DNA of 64,000 nt from contig CM022665.1 in the NCBI GenBank assembly GCA_012295275.1, positions 36,828,001-36,892,000 of the forward strand, in the 5' to 3' direction. Under the pieces are notes generated by a model. It was not told the origin of the DNA, did no database searches, and was given only the letters and a program-made list of their open reading frames with translations. This DNA is from Chrysomallon squamiferum (lineage: Eukaryota; Animalia; Mollusca). The translations under genes were made by a program, and so were the position numbers. Positions 1 to 13,538 of the stretch are shown here, piece after piece. The number at the start of each line of letters is the position of its first letter. Position 1 is the stretch's first letter.

Positions 1-1138
1 ATAGTCAGTGTAAGACCATCAGAATAGCCTGCACTGGATTATGGACCATCCACAAGGATGAAACCAATGGAGTTTAGATATTACGAACGAAGTGTGTTCT
101 GTCGGGCAAATCGTTACAGTCAAGATTTTCTGGTATCTATTACTATCAGCCAAATGCATCATATTTCTGTATTACCAACTTTTTATTAAACATAAAGTCA
201 CTTACAGTGTGTTTTAAGTTTTAACTATAATTTATTTATAATTGTTCGTGAATTTTGTAATACTTTTTGAATATATATATATACTGTTAATTAGATTTAT
301 AATTTATTATTTTTGTTGTTTTTAAATAATTATTTCTGCTTCTGTAGATGCTGTAGCTATTGGTTTTATGTTTTGTAGTTTTTTTTGTGTGTTTTTAACC
401 ACTTATTATTATTATTATTATTATTATTCCTTTGAATGTGGTATAATCTTCAAGAAGCTTCTACATCTCTACATCATCTGACAAACAGCTGACTGCAGCA
501 GTGTCGACATCACAAACATTGCGGAATAGAGAACAGCGCAGGTGGTGCGCTTTCAAAACAACTTAAGATTTGCAGGAACCAAAAGGTCAGGGTGTTAGCA
601 AAGTAAATTGTTTAAACAGGCATATTTATTGGTCGTATATATTTCATCATTGCGAGTGCAAAACAGAAGCAGAAATTTGCAAAGATAAGATTGTAAACAG
701 TAGCCGCCCGCTACCTTCATCCACGTGTTAAATGTTCAAGTGTTCATTGGGTTCGGTTGCGTCTTCTTTACGGAAATAGGGGCAGCGCGAGATTAGGTAT
801 GATAAGATAGAAAAACACGCTCGCATCTGTGCGTGTCAGAAGCTAAGAGCAGACGTATTGCAAAAGAAATAAACATAAATTGTATTCACTTGATAGATAA
901 TAAACTAAAATTTAAAGAAAACAGGGCGCGATGCTAAATATTAAAATCGCTTGGCTTCTTCTGAGCAAGATAAAATTCTGAGATTGCGATTTTCAAAAAC
1001 GCTCCTTAAATATCCGACCCATGTGTGAAATGTAATTCTAACGTTATATCGTTTTTATCGTCGTCAGTTAAGTATTAAAATATATCTGTGAGTTAAATGA
1101 AATATCGTCATGCCTCATTAGTTATATTCACCATGCTT

Positions 1139-1152
1139 TGTTGTTGTTGTTG

Positions 1153-1217
<65 letters not shown>
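1139..1217. repeat. (TTG)n-(TTA)n compound microsatellite
   Basis: Directly visible trinucleotide run. Confidence 0.95.
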
Positions 1218-1219
<2 letters not shown>

Positions 1220-1384
1220 AGATGGGAAATATTTCTCAATTGTGACAAAATAAAACGTTTTTGTTTTCATTTTTTTGTTTTTTGTTTTTTGTTTACCTTT
1301 TCTTTCAATGAAAAAAGATGATAGGCCCATATATAATATAATTATCTAATACATATACAGTCAACAGTCAAGAAATCTGCACAA

Positions 1385-1620
1385 TATGAGCTTTCTACGT
1401 TAAAGATTAACGTATAATGCGAAGTTTTCTAAATCAAAGATTAAGATGTGATACGAACTTTTCTAAAGTGAATATTAAGATCAGATGTAGAGTTTTCTAA
1501 AGCAGAGTAACATATGATGTGGAGTTTTGTAATGCGAAAATTATGCTACGATACAGAATCATCTAAAGAGAAGAATAAGATATGATAGTTACGGATTTTT
1601 ATAAAGTGACGGATAGCTGT
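1385..1620. repeat. Degenerate ~33-34 bp tandem repeat
   Basis: TTTTCTAAA-like anchor at ~1425, 1459, 1493, 1525, 1559 and 1597, with a AGATTAAGAT.TGAT-like spacer. Confidence 0.6.
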
Positions 1621-3851
1621 AAATATGATGTTTTTCTTCAACAAACCCTTTATCAAAGTTTAGAACACTGTCAATATGCGAAGGTTTTAAAACAAACTAA
1701 TACAACGTTTTCTAAAAACAACGAATGAATGTGGTGTCTTCTAAAACAATATAATATACTCTACAATGTTGGAGGTTTTTTTTGGGGGTAAATAAATAAT
1801 ATACTATCATTTACCATCGTTTAATATCAAAATTAGTTGTATATGTTTTTTGTAAACCTAAAAATATAAATAATACAATTGTTTTTGTAAATTAAAAAAT
1901 ATTAACAGAAACGATATTTTATATTTTTCCCTAAAGAATTAAATTTTTTTATTTTACTTTTTGCTTTTTGTTACTATACCAAATTTGTTTTCCTTTTTGT
2001 TTTCTTTTTCTTCTACTTCATTTGTTTCCTATTTATTATTATTATTGTTTGTATTGCTGTTGTTGTTGTTATCATCATTATCAACATCATCCTTGTTAAA
2101 AGAAAAAATTAAAAATGTTGGTGGCGATGATGGTGATATTACTATTTATTTATTTACTTACTTACTTACTTACTTATTTACTGAATTTAATAACTGCTAA
2201 ACAAAAAAGACTGACTTATCGCGTTTGTTGAACAATAAAAAAAATATAAAAATTAATCAAATTTGAATTATATCCTCAAACACATTCATAAAACTGATAC
2301 TTTTTTGACGAAATTATCTAATCTTTTTATTATTATTATGGTTATTTTCATCGTCGTCATCATCATGTTAATAATAAATAAATAATTAATTTTTCTTTTT
2401 ATATTATTTTAATCCGTTTGTTTAACGTTCTTGTCTGTTTCTGTTTTGTTTTTATTTTCTTCTTTCCTTTTTTAATATTTCATTTCATTAAAATTGCCTT
2501 TGTTGAAATCATTGCTTAGAAATAGGTAAATGTGTCGAATATGCTACAAAATTTGAATTTTAAAATAAAAATATATTGATCTAAACTTAATTTCCTTGTG
2601 TTATTTACTTTTCTTGTAGTGTTATTGTTTACTGTTCATTTCGTTAATGAATTTTAATTTTTTAATTTTTTAATTTTAAATTGTTTTTTTAATGGGTTTT
2701 TTTTGTTGTTGCTGCTCTTTTGTTTCTTTTTATTTTATTCGTTTTGCTTGTTTATTTGTTGTTGTTTTTTATTTTTTAACTGATATGTTTTTTAAATCTA
2801 TTGTTTTTTTGTTTTTTTTTTAATATATTGCTTGGGGGATTATGCTTTTGTTCTTGAATATTTGTTTTGTTTTGATATTTCTTGATCATTGTGCTTAGAG
2901 ATTAAGAAGTATTTTTATAAAGAGAGACAGATAGACATAAAGAAATATACACATATACACAATGTTTATCTTTTATTCTTTAAATTTTATTTAAATTAAC
3001 TAACAAGACATGTTTTCATGTCGCCATGTTATAACTTTTAACTTGAAAATCATTAATGTTTTTTTTTCTTCTTTTTTTTTTTTTCTTTTTTTTTTTTTTC
3101 CCACTTTACCTCCCATATAGACTATAATTATTGTTTACTGTGAATGTGTTTTGAAATGATGTCATTTCATCAGGTATGTACTGCGGTTCTTCACTAGAGT
3201 AATCCAACTGAGAACTGAACCTACAGTGATGTCATAGACAAAATAATAAATTAGAGTTTTAACAACACGCTGACACATAATCGAATTAAAGTTTCAAAAA
3301 AAGAAAAAAATTAAGACTGATATAATGTTTTTAAAAATAAAAATAAAAATAAAAATAATAATTAATTGAAATAAAAAACAGCAACATCAATGTGACTATG
3401 GAAAAAAAAAAAAAAAAAAAAAAAAAACATTTATAAATTATCTTAGAATAGGAAAGCCTGGTGTGATTATCTAAGTTACATCGAAAGAAACTTCCACTTT
3501 AATATTTATTCTTAAATATTTTGTTATTGTTGTTCAGTTTTCCATATAACAGCAAAATTAATAAAGAGAAATTATTATTGCATTTTTATTTATTTTGTTT
3601 GTTTTTTTTTTTTTTTTTTTTTGTTTAGTAAATATTTATCTTATTAATTTATTCGTACAGTCATTCTTTCATTTATTCATTCACTTTTAAAATCACAAAA
3701 ATAATAACGCGGTTAAAATGTGGTCAAAGGGAAATAACTCAAAGTTCCAATGAACGCGTGAAGTCTAAGAAACAAAAATATGATAAATGGTAATTGCTAC
3801 CTATTCGAGTTGAACTAGATAATATACCAGAAGTAATTCATTTTGTTTCAG

Positions 3852-4006
3852 TTGTTTGGAATTACAAGTCTGTGATAATTTATCTACTGAACACTTAAAG
3901 TTTATACCGACACAGTGACAATGATAAATTGTATAAAAACTGATCAATAATGTGTTTGAGAAAATAAATACATAAACGACAAGTTAAGAAGTTAAGACGA
4001 AAACAG
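3852..4006 (+). other. Possible non-coding 5' UTR exon of the ARF-like gene
   Basis: ttttgtttcag acceptor ends at 3851; good donor CAG|gtaaat at 4006/4007; the first coding exon is preceded by acceptor ttttaacag (ends 4845). No transcript evidence. Confidence 0.3.
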
Positions 4007-4059
4007 GTAAATAATTATTGAGAAACTTAATATACAATGCATTATTAGTATCATTTCCT

Positions 4060-4098
<39 letters not shown>

Positions 4099-4191
4099 TA
4101 CTGAACTTAAATTCTTAAATTCTTGATTCTTTTTGGTTTTCTTTTTTAAATCTTTTTTTTTGTGTGTGTAAAATATGTGAAGTCTAATGCA

Positions 4192-4201
4192 TTTATTTAT
4201 T

Positions 4202-4263
<62 letters not shown>
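4192..4263. repeat. (TTTA)n/(TAT)n microsatellite
   Basis: Directly visible. Confidence 0.9.
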
Positions 4264-4858
4264 CCAATCATTTATGAAAAACCATGTAATGTGTTTTTCA
4301 TTAAAAAACCCCACATAATAACTTTAAAAAGTTTTGCTGATTAATTGTCACCATCGTCGTCGTCATTATCAAAGGATTCTTATAGTTAAGAACATAAAAT
4401 TGTTTGGGTTTTATAGGGGTGTTATAAAATGTTAAAATAAATGTTTGAATTCTACAGTTAATGAATAACTGCAGATACGTAACAAAAGCAAGCCCAAACG
4501 CATACCTTAAACAGTTAACTTTATTTGTATGGCATTTCATTATGAAAACTAAACACAGTAAGCGATACACTGTTTAAAGTCAAAGATAAAATTTGTTTGT
4601 TTTTTTTTTTCCTTTTTCTCTTCTGGCTTAAGAAAACAGTTTTAGTAGGAACCTATAAACATAACAAAACACACACAAAAAAAAAAAAACCCATTAAATA
4701 ATCTTTTTGAATTATCGACAATCTAAGGGGAACAACTCCTGAAGAGTGGCACTGCTGTCGTAATGTATCCAAGAACGCGATGTAATTATGCCGAATAATA
4801 ACTAATGTCGATCGAACAGAAATTCTTTTAACTGGATTTTAACAGAGATGTTCTTTTG

Positions 4859-7001
4859 ATGGGGCAGTGCTCTGGGAGCGAAGGAGGACCGTCAGGGAGT
4901 AAATTTCTTCAGAATGATGGTACATCGCCGATAAAAATAATCCTTTCAGGTCCAAGTCAAGCAGGTATAAAATACTGCACAGACCGAGTCTTCATTTATG
5001 TAATTAATCTTGTTTTCTTTTTTGTTTTCACAATTTTTGTCAAATACCATTTACGAGTCATAGGATTTGCTTTCGTTTTAAAAATAGATCAACAAACCAA
5101 TTATAAAGTTGTAATGGTTTTGTTTACTGGTAAACAAGAAGATTCACTATAGTCCTCTGGAATGTATTTATCATTTTATAATTATAATTATGAAAAGAAG
5201 AAACAATCTTTTATCATTTTATTTCATTTTTCAAATAATTACAAACATTAACAATGTATTTAGTACAAAATTTAATTTTATCTTCTGTCATAATACATTT
5301 TATGAGAGCAGCATCATTTCCAAAATTCAAGAGTAAAAACAAACAAGATTTTAAAGCACTTTTTTGCATGTAATACAGCATATTAATATAACCTCCAAGA
5401 AAAAGAATTATATTTAATTCAAAATACTAACACAACCTCCAAGAACAAGAACTATATGTAATAAAGAATATTAATAACCATCAAGAACAAGAATTACAAA
5501 TAACAGAAAATATTAATACCACTACCAAGAACAAAAATTACATGTAATACAGATTAATATAACCACCAAAAACAATAAGTATATTTAATACAGAATATTA
5601 ATATAAGTATCAAGAACAAGAATTTTATAAAATAAAGAATGTTAATAACCACCAAGAACAAGAATTATGTTTAATAAAGAATATTAAAAACCTCCAAGAA
5701 CAAGAATTACAAGTAATAGAGTATTAATATAACCACCAAGAACAAGAATTTTATGTAATACACAATATTAATATAAGTACCAAAAACAAGTATTACTAGT
5801 AATAAAGAATATTAATAACCATCAACAACAAGAATTACAACAGATAATATTAATATAACCACCAAGAACAAGAATTATATTTAATACAGAATATTAATGT
5901 AATCACCAAGAAGAAAAATTGTAATTATGTTTGACACCTACAATTTTTTGTACAAAATGTATCAATTCATTATGATCTTTTTCTTTCTTTTTGAAAAGAA
6001 GAGATTTCTTCATTCTTACAATCACAACTACTGATATTTTCTTTATACAAGCAAATAAAATAAATAAATAATGGTTTCTTTTTTAGTTTTTATTTATTTA
6101 TTATTATTATTTTTTTTTTTTTTTCCCACCAGGAAAGAGTTATTTGCTCTACTCATGGCTTCTAGGAGTCAATAACATTGTGGCTACCAAACCTACTGAA
6201 ACATTCAACATGGAGCATATAATTTCCAAAAGTGGCAAAAAGTTAATGGTCTATGATCTTGGAGGAAGACCTGAATTACGACCTCGTCAGAGGTTATTTT
6301 ACGATGCAACTCAGGGAATTGTCTTTGTGGTGGACACTGCAAACAAATCATCTATAGAAGAGGCCAAGAATGATCTAAACCAGTTGTTAGGAGCAGTTAA
6401 ACTGACCAGTGTCCCTATTTTGGTAGTGGCCAACAGAACAGATTCTTCAGGTAACTAAAGTGTAACTACAGCCTAAATACATTTTGTGAGCATGTAAATA
6501 AATTAAACTTTGATGGCAGACAAAAATATTTATCATTTTTATATTTTTTCTTAAAATATTTCTTAATAATAAATAATGAAATAGCATAATAGACTGTTTA
6601 CAACACTTGGAGACTAAGAAGATACACTAAGGATACAATAATTTTCCTAGTCTTACAGGTTGTGTGTATGTATGTGTGTGTGCATGTATGTCTATATATA
6701 TATATATCTCTCTCTCTCTCTTAACATGTATGTTTTTATTTATGTAAAATTACAAATACAAAACATCTACTTTTAAAAACGAAGCAATATTTAAAAATAT
6801 ATATTAATTTCATCTTATATTTGTTTATTTATCCTTTCTGCAGAGTCTGTGTCTTGTGAAGGTATTATATCAAAACTTGACCTAGATTCAAAGCTCTCAG
6901 ACAGAAAATGGAAGATCTGTGGTCTGAGAAACAATTCTCAGGAAGACGTGGATCAAATTCTACAGGAACTCAATCTTTTGGTGCAAGACCAGGAGGAATA
7001 A
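4859..7001 (+). CDS. ARF/ARL-family small GTPase, divergent (3 coding exons: 4859-4964, 6133-6450, 6844-7001; 193 aa)
   Basis: GT-AG introns, both phase 1, join into an open 582-nt frame. N-terminal MGQC (possible myristoylation). P-loop GPSQAG|KS is split by intron 1. Switch I PTETFNME, G3 VYDLGGR, strand GIVFVVD, G4 VVANRTD. C-terminus KLDLDSKLSDRKWKIC is colinear with ARF KLGLHSLRHRNWYIQ. Family is clear; no specific orthologue recognised. Confidence 0.9.
5370..5925. repeat. 42-44 bp minisatellite in ARF-like intron 1 (~13 copies; consensus approx. AACCACCAAGAACAAGAATTATATTTAATACAGAATATTAATAT)
   Basis: Tandem units directly visible. The same monomer recurs degenerately after the stop codon (~7010-7145) and throughout the downstream array. 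Confidence 0.9.
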
Positions 7002-9353
7002 ATTTTTTTTAAATCCAACAGAAACAACTTATAATAATGAGAATGACTGTAAGTGACCAACAAGAACAAGTATATATAATACAGAATATTAACATAACCA
7101 GCAAGAAAAAGTGTGTATATATAAGGAATATTAATATGACCACAAATAATGAATGGATAAATAGAATGATACAGACTACTGGCTGTGTCAGCAAATTACA
7201 CAAGTTATTTCTTATATAACATTAAATGCTTCAAGAAATACTTTACGTTTCTTCCTTTAAGCAGAATTCTCTTTTAAATATTATAATTCTGTTTTCCATT
7301 TGTAACATAAAGTACTTCTTACAAAAGATAAAAATATCTGTAATACACAGTTAATAATATATTGCACAATATATCAACAATTTTAATTAATTTCAGTCAT
7401 ATATAATTATTATTTATACAAATATTCAGGATCATATAATAAGTTTGATACATGATTTTTGTTTTAAAAAATCAAAAGAAAAGAAACAGAAAAAGAAATA
7501 ATCTATTATTTGTATTCAGTAACAAGGAAAATGTTGAAATGAATATTTGTTCTGATAACACTTCAACATATTTTAATATGAACAGGTATAAAACCTCTGA
7601 AATGTTTTGGGATCTGGGATTTTTAAAATCTTATTTCTTTGTTTGTTTTGGTTCTTCTGGATAATGAAATAAAACAAAAAACCCACTGCCTTTGCTATGT
7701 AGGTTATTCTTATCATAGCATGAAATCTTTTAGAATTATATACTTTTCTATATTTCATTCCTTTTTCAGACCAGTAAAAGTACATAGGTTGAGGAACTCA
7801 CTATTGATGCTGTAATTTCAAAATGGCATTCCACAGCCCATAATTACAAATTTATCTATCCAACAGAGGGTAAAACCAAATCTGATGCATATAAAAAAAA
7901 AAAAACAAAAACAACTTTATGCAAATGTGAACATAACTTTTTTTCTTTCTTTTCTTTTTACAATCACAGATTGGAAACACCTCAAAATACCTGAAAATAA
8001 TGTATAGCTTTAGAGGTGGTAATGGTGTCAATAGTTTAATGATTTCAAAAACAACTTCTTTTCTTTTTTAAACATAAGAGGAATAAATAAAGTCTTCCAT
8101 TTTCTTTCACCTTTCAGAAAGATTTTAGTGCTATGATTATGTATTTTCATTGTTTGTTTTACAAATTTTTTGACATATACTGTATATATTTTATTTATTA
8201 CATTTTTATATCACCACATATTTGAGATAAGGAAATAAATTTACAATTCATTTATAAACAAATCATGACAATTAATTCAGTATCAGTCCATTCCTAATGT
8301 CTGTGTCTTCAAAAAAACCAACAAATAAAAAACCAACATCAAGAACAATAATAATAAATCAAACCAAAAAAACCTCATAAAAGCTCATTTCTTCAATTTA
8401 AAAATTTTTAAACAGCTTTCAGCAGATTTTAAACTGAATTAATAATCATGTTTTTAAGATACTTTTTAACTTTGAAAACACATCTTTTGACTAAATTACT
8501 TCAGACCGTTTTACTGTGTCCAAACATAGACTTGAATCAACTTTAAACAAAAATTCAATACTGTTTAGTTGTTTAAATTATGAACTTGCATTTTGTCATT
8601 AATTAAAGTTAAAAGAAACTACATTACCAACTACTGCTGGGTTTAATTCTGGTTTGTTTTGTTGTTGTTTTTGTTGCTGTTTTCTTTTTTTATATTGTTT
8701 TGTTTTGTTTGTATTAATATTTTACATTATTCAAGACTTTTCTTCAAATTGAGAGTTTCTGAAAAAAACACCAAAAAAACCCCAACAAAAAAACAAAACA
8801 AGAATTACAAATAATAGACAATATTAATACCACTACCAAGAACAAAATTACGTGTAATACAGATTAATATAACCACCAAAAATAAGAATTATATTTAATA
8901 CAGAATATTAATATAAGCATCAAGAATTATATGTAATAAAGAATATTAATAACCACCAAGAACAAGAATGTTAATGTAACCAGCAAGAGTGAGAATCACA
9001 GGTAATAAAGACAGCTAATATAAGTATCAAGAACAAGAACTATATTTAATACAGAATATTAAGATAAGCAAACAGAAAAAGATTTACTAGTAATAGCAAA
9101 TATTTATATAACCAAGAACAAGAATTATATTTAATACAGAATATTAAGACAAAGATTTGCTAATAATGGCAAATATTAATTTACAATTTTCCATTAAAAA
9201 TCAATTCATTATTATCTTCTTTTTTTCTTCTTTCTTTCTTTCGGAACACAAGCAATTTCTTAATTCTTACAGACACAACTACTGATATTTTCTTTATACA
9301 AAGAAATGAAATAAATAAATAATAATTGTTTCGCTATTACTATTTTTCTTCAG

Positions 9354-9540
9354 GAAAAAGTTACTGGTTAATCTCAAAATTCTGGGAATGAACATTGTTG
9401 CTATCAAACCTACTGAAACATTCGGCATGGAGCAATTACTAACACCGGCACAAAGTTATTGGTGTATGATCTGAGAGGAAGACCTCAATTGTGACCTGTT
9501 CAGAGGTTATTTTACAATGCAACTCTGAGAACTGTCTAGA
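9354..9540 (+). pseudogene. First pseudo-exon copy of ARF-like exon 2 (5' part)
   Basis: Reads (G)KSYWLIS in the parental frame (parent KSYLLYS), then frameshifts to a TGA; truncated after the LFYNAT-equivalent. Confidence 0.85.
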
Positions 9541-11312
9541 AAGATTCTGATGCAGATAAAAATAAAAAATAAAAAATAAAATAAAAATCCAAAATCACAA
9601 AAAAGCTGAACCTATTTTTTCATATATATAAATATATATCATTTTTTAAATTATGTACTTGTCTTTTGTCATTAATTAAAGTTATAAGAAACTACATTAC
9701 CAAATATTACTGGCTTTAAATCTTTTTTTTTTCTTCTTTTTTTTCTGATATAATTCTTTTGTTTGCATTAATCTTTTAATTTACTGAATGCTTTTGTTCA
9801 AACTGATAATTTCTAACAAAAAATAAAAACAAAACAGAATGTTAATGTAATCAGCAAGATGGAGAATTACATGCAACACAGACTATTAAGATAAGCAAAA
9901 AAGAACAAGAATTACTAGCGACGCAGAATATTAATTTAACCACTAAGAAGAATTATATTTAATACAGAAGATTAATGTAACTAACAAGATGAGAAATAAA
10001 TCCAACAGAGAGTACATGGGTGTGTATCTGCATTTGTGTGTAATCACATGATCACAACAAAGCTGAACATATTTGTTTCTTAATAAAATAATTTACAATC
10101 AAAACTCAGAAACTCCTCAAAAGGCTGGAAAATGTATATCTTTAGAAGTCATATTGGTGTGAATACTTAAATGATTTGAAAAATAATTTAAATTTAAAAA
10201 ATACAAAAAATGTAAAAGGAATACATTACATTAGTTAATAATATCTTCCATTTTCTTTTACCTTTCAGAAAGATTTTAGTGTTATGTTTAAATATTTTCA
10301 GTGTTTGTTTTACCAAGATTTAATAGTAATACCAAATATTAATATAACCAAGAACAAGAATTACCTTTAATACAGAATATTAATAGAACACCAATAGCAA
10401 GAAGCTTAGGTAATAAAGAATATTAAAAACCACCAAGAACAAGAATTACAACTACTAGAGAATATTAATATATCCATCAAGAACAAGAATTACATTTAAC
10501 ATACAATTAAGATAAGCAAAACAGAACAAGAATTACTAGCAACACAGAATATTAATATAACCACAAGAGAATTAAATCCAACACAGAATACTGTGTGTGT
10601 GAGTGAGAGAGAGATTATCTTCGACACCTACAATTTTCATATAAAATATATCAATTCATTATTACCTTTCTTCTTTCTTTCTTTTTGCAGACAAGATATT
10701 CCTACATTCTTACAATCAAAACCACTGATATTTTCTTTATAAAAACAAATGAAATACATAAATAATAATGTTTTGCCATTATTTGTTTCTTCAGGAAAAA
10801 GATACTGGGATAGAACATTGCTGCTATCAAACCTACTGAAACATTCAACATCAAGCTTCTTTTACAATGCAACTCTGAGATCTGTGTCCTCAAAATGCCT
10901 GAAAATGTATATCTTTAGAAGTTGTAATGGTGAGAATACTTTAATGATTTGATTTGAAAATAACAATTTAAAAAAAAAAAAAAAAGATTTTTTTTAAGAA
11001 ATAACTTACATCAGCTAATAAAATCTTCCATTTTCTTTTACCTTTCAGAAAGATTTTAGTGCTATGTTTAAATATTTTCAGTGTTTGTTTTACAAAGATT
11101 TACTAGTAACAGCAAATACTAAAATAACCAAGAACAAGATTTATATTTAATACAGAATATTAACATAAACAAATAGGAAGCAGATAATATTAATCAACCA
11201 TCAAGAAGAATTACCTTTAACGGACTATTAAGATAAGCAAAACAGAAGAAGAATTACTAGCAATACAGAATATTAATATAACCACTAAGAGAATTAAATC
11301 CAACATTGAATA

Positions 11313-11360
<48 letters not shown>

Positions 11361-13484
11361 TTATAATTGACAGATGCAACTTTTCATACAAAATATATCA
11401 ATTCATTATCTTTTTTCTTTCTTTCTTTTTAAAGATGAGAGATTCCTTCATTCTTATAATCGAAACCACTGATATTTACTTTATAAAAACAAATGAAATA
11501 AATATTTGTTTTGCTATTACTATTTTTTTTTTCAGGAAAAAAGTTATCAGTTACTGCAAAAATTCTTCCAATCAATATTCTTATTATCAAACCTACTGAA
11601 ACATTCAAGATGGAGCATAGAATTACCAATAGTGGCAAAAAGTGAATGTGTATGATCTTAGAGGAAGACCTGAATTACCACCTGTTCAGAGGTTATTTTA
11701 CAATGGAAATCTGAGAAATAGAAAGACTGTGATGCAGATAAAAATAAAAAATAAAATAAAAATCCCCAAATCACAAAAAAGCTGAACCTATTTTTTCATA
11801 TATATAAATATATATCATTTTTTAAATTATGTACTTGTCTTTTGTCATTAATTAAAGTTATAAGAAACTACATTACCAAATATTACTGGCTTTAAATCTT
11901 TTTTTTTTCTTTTTTTTTTCTGATATAATTCTTTTGTTTGCATTAATCTTTTAATTTATTGAATGCTTTTGTTCAAACTGATAATTTCTAACAAAAAATA
12001 AAAACAAAACAGAATGTTAATGTAATCAGCAAGATGGAGAATTACATGCAACACAGACTATTAAGATAAGCAAAAAAGAACAAGAATTACTAGCTGACAT
12101 TTAAATATTAATTTAACCACTAAGAAGAATTATATTTAATACAGAAGATTAATGTAACTAACAAGATGAGAAATAAATCCAACAGAGAGTACATGGGTGT
12201 GTATCTGCATCTGTGTGTAATCACATGATCACAACAAAGCTGAACATATTTGTTTCTTAATAAAAAAATTTACAATCAAAACTCAGAAACTCCTCAAAAG
12301 GCTGGAAAATGTATATCTTTAGAAGTCATATTGGTGTGAATACTTAAATGATTTGAAAAATAATTTAAATTTAAAAATACAAAAAATGTAAAAGGAATAC
12401 ATTACATTAGTTAATAATATCTTCCATTGTCTTTTACCTTTCAGAAAGATTTTAGTGTTATGTTTAAATATTTTCAGTGTTTGTTTTACCAAGATTTAAT
12501 AGTAATACCAAATATTAATATAACCAAGAACAAGAATGACCTTTAATACAGAATATTAATAGAACACCAATAGCAAGAAGCTTAGGTAATAAAGAATATT
12601 AAAAACCACCAAGAACAAGAATTACAACTACTAGAGAATATTAATATATCCATCAAGAACAAGAATTACATTTAACATACAATTAAGATAAGCAAAACAG
12701 AACAAGAATTACTAGCAACACAGAATATTAATATAACCACAAGAGAATTAAATCCAACACAGAATACTGTGTGTGTGAGTGAGAGAGAGATTATCTTCGA
12801 CACCTACAATTTTCATATAAAATATATAAATTCATTATTACCTTTCTTCTTTCTTTCTTTTTGCAGACAAGATATTCCTACATTCTTACAATCAAAACCA
12901 CTGATATTTTCTTTATAAAAACAAATGAAATACATAAATAATAATGTTTTGCCATTATTTGTTTCTTCAGGAAAAAGATACTGGGATAGAACATTGCTGC
13001 TATCAAACCTACTGAAACATTCAACATCAAGCTTCTTTTACAATGCAACTCTGAGAACTGTGTCCTCAAAATGCCTGAAAATGTATATCTTTAGAAGTTG
13101 TAATGGTGAGAATACTTTAATGATTTGAGAAATAACAATTTTAAAAAAAAAAAAAGATTTTTTTTAGAAGAAATAACTTACATCAGCTAATAAAATCTTC
13201 CATTTTCTTTTACCTTTCAGAAAGATTTTAGTGCTATGTTTAAATATTTTCAGTGTTTGTTTTACAAAGATTTACTAGTAACAGCAAATACTAAAATAAC
13301 CAAGAACAAGATTTATATTTAATACAGAATATTAACATAAACAAATAGGAAGCAGATAATATTAATCAACCATCAAGAAGAATTACCTTTAACGGACTAT
13401 TAAGATAAGCAAAACAGAAGAAGAATTACTAGCAATACAGAATATTAATATAACCACTAAGAGAATTAAATCCAACATTGAATA

Positions 13485-13538
<54 letters not shown>

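Noticed and set aside
1-1030. More GC-balanced segment, possibly an exon or transposon remnant ending in CCTTAA
   Set aside because: No long ORF, recognisable motif or matching terminal repeat found by eye.
1118-4570. Short ORFs with poly-I, poly-Y or poly-L runs
   Set aside because: Translations of microsatellites and low-complexity AT-rich DNA.
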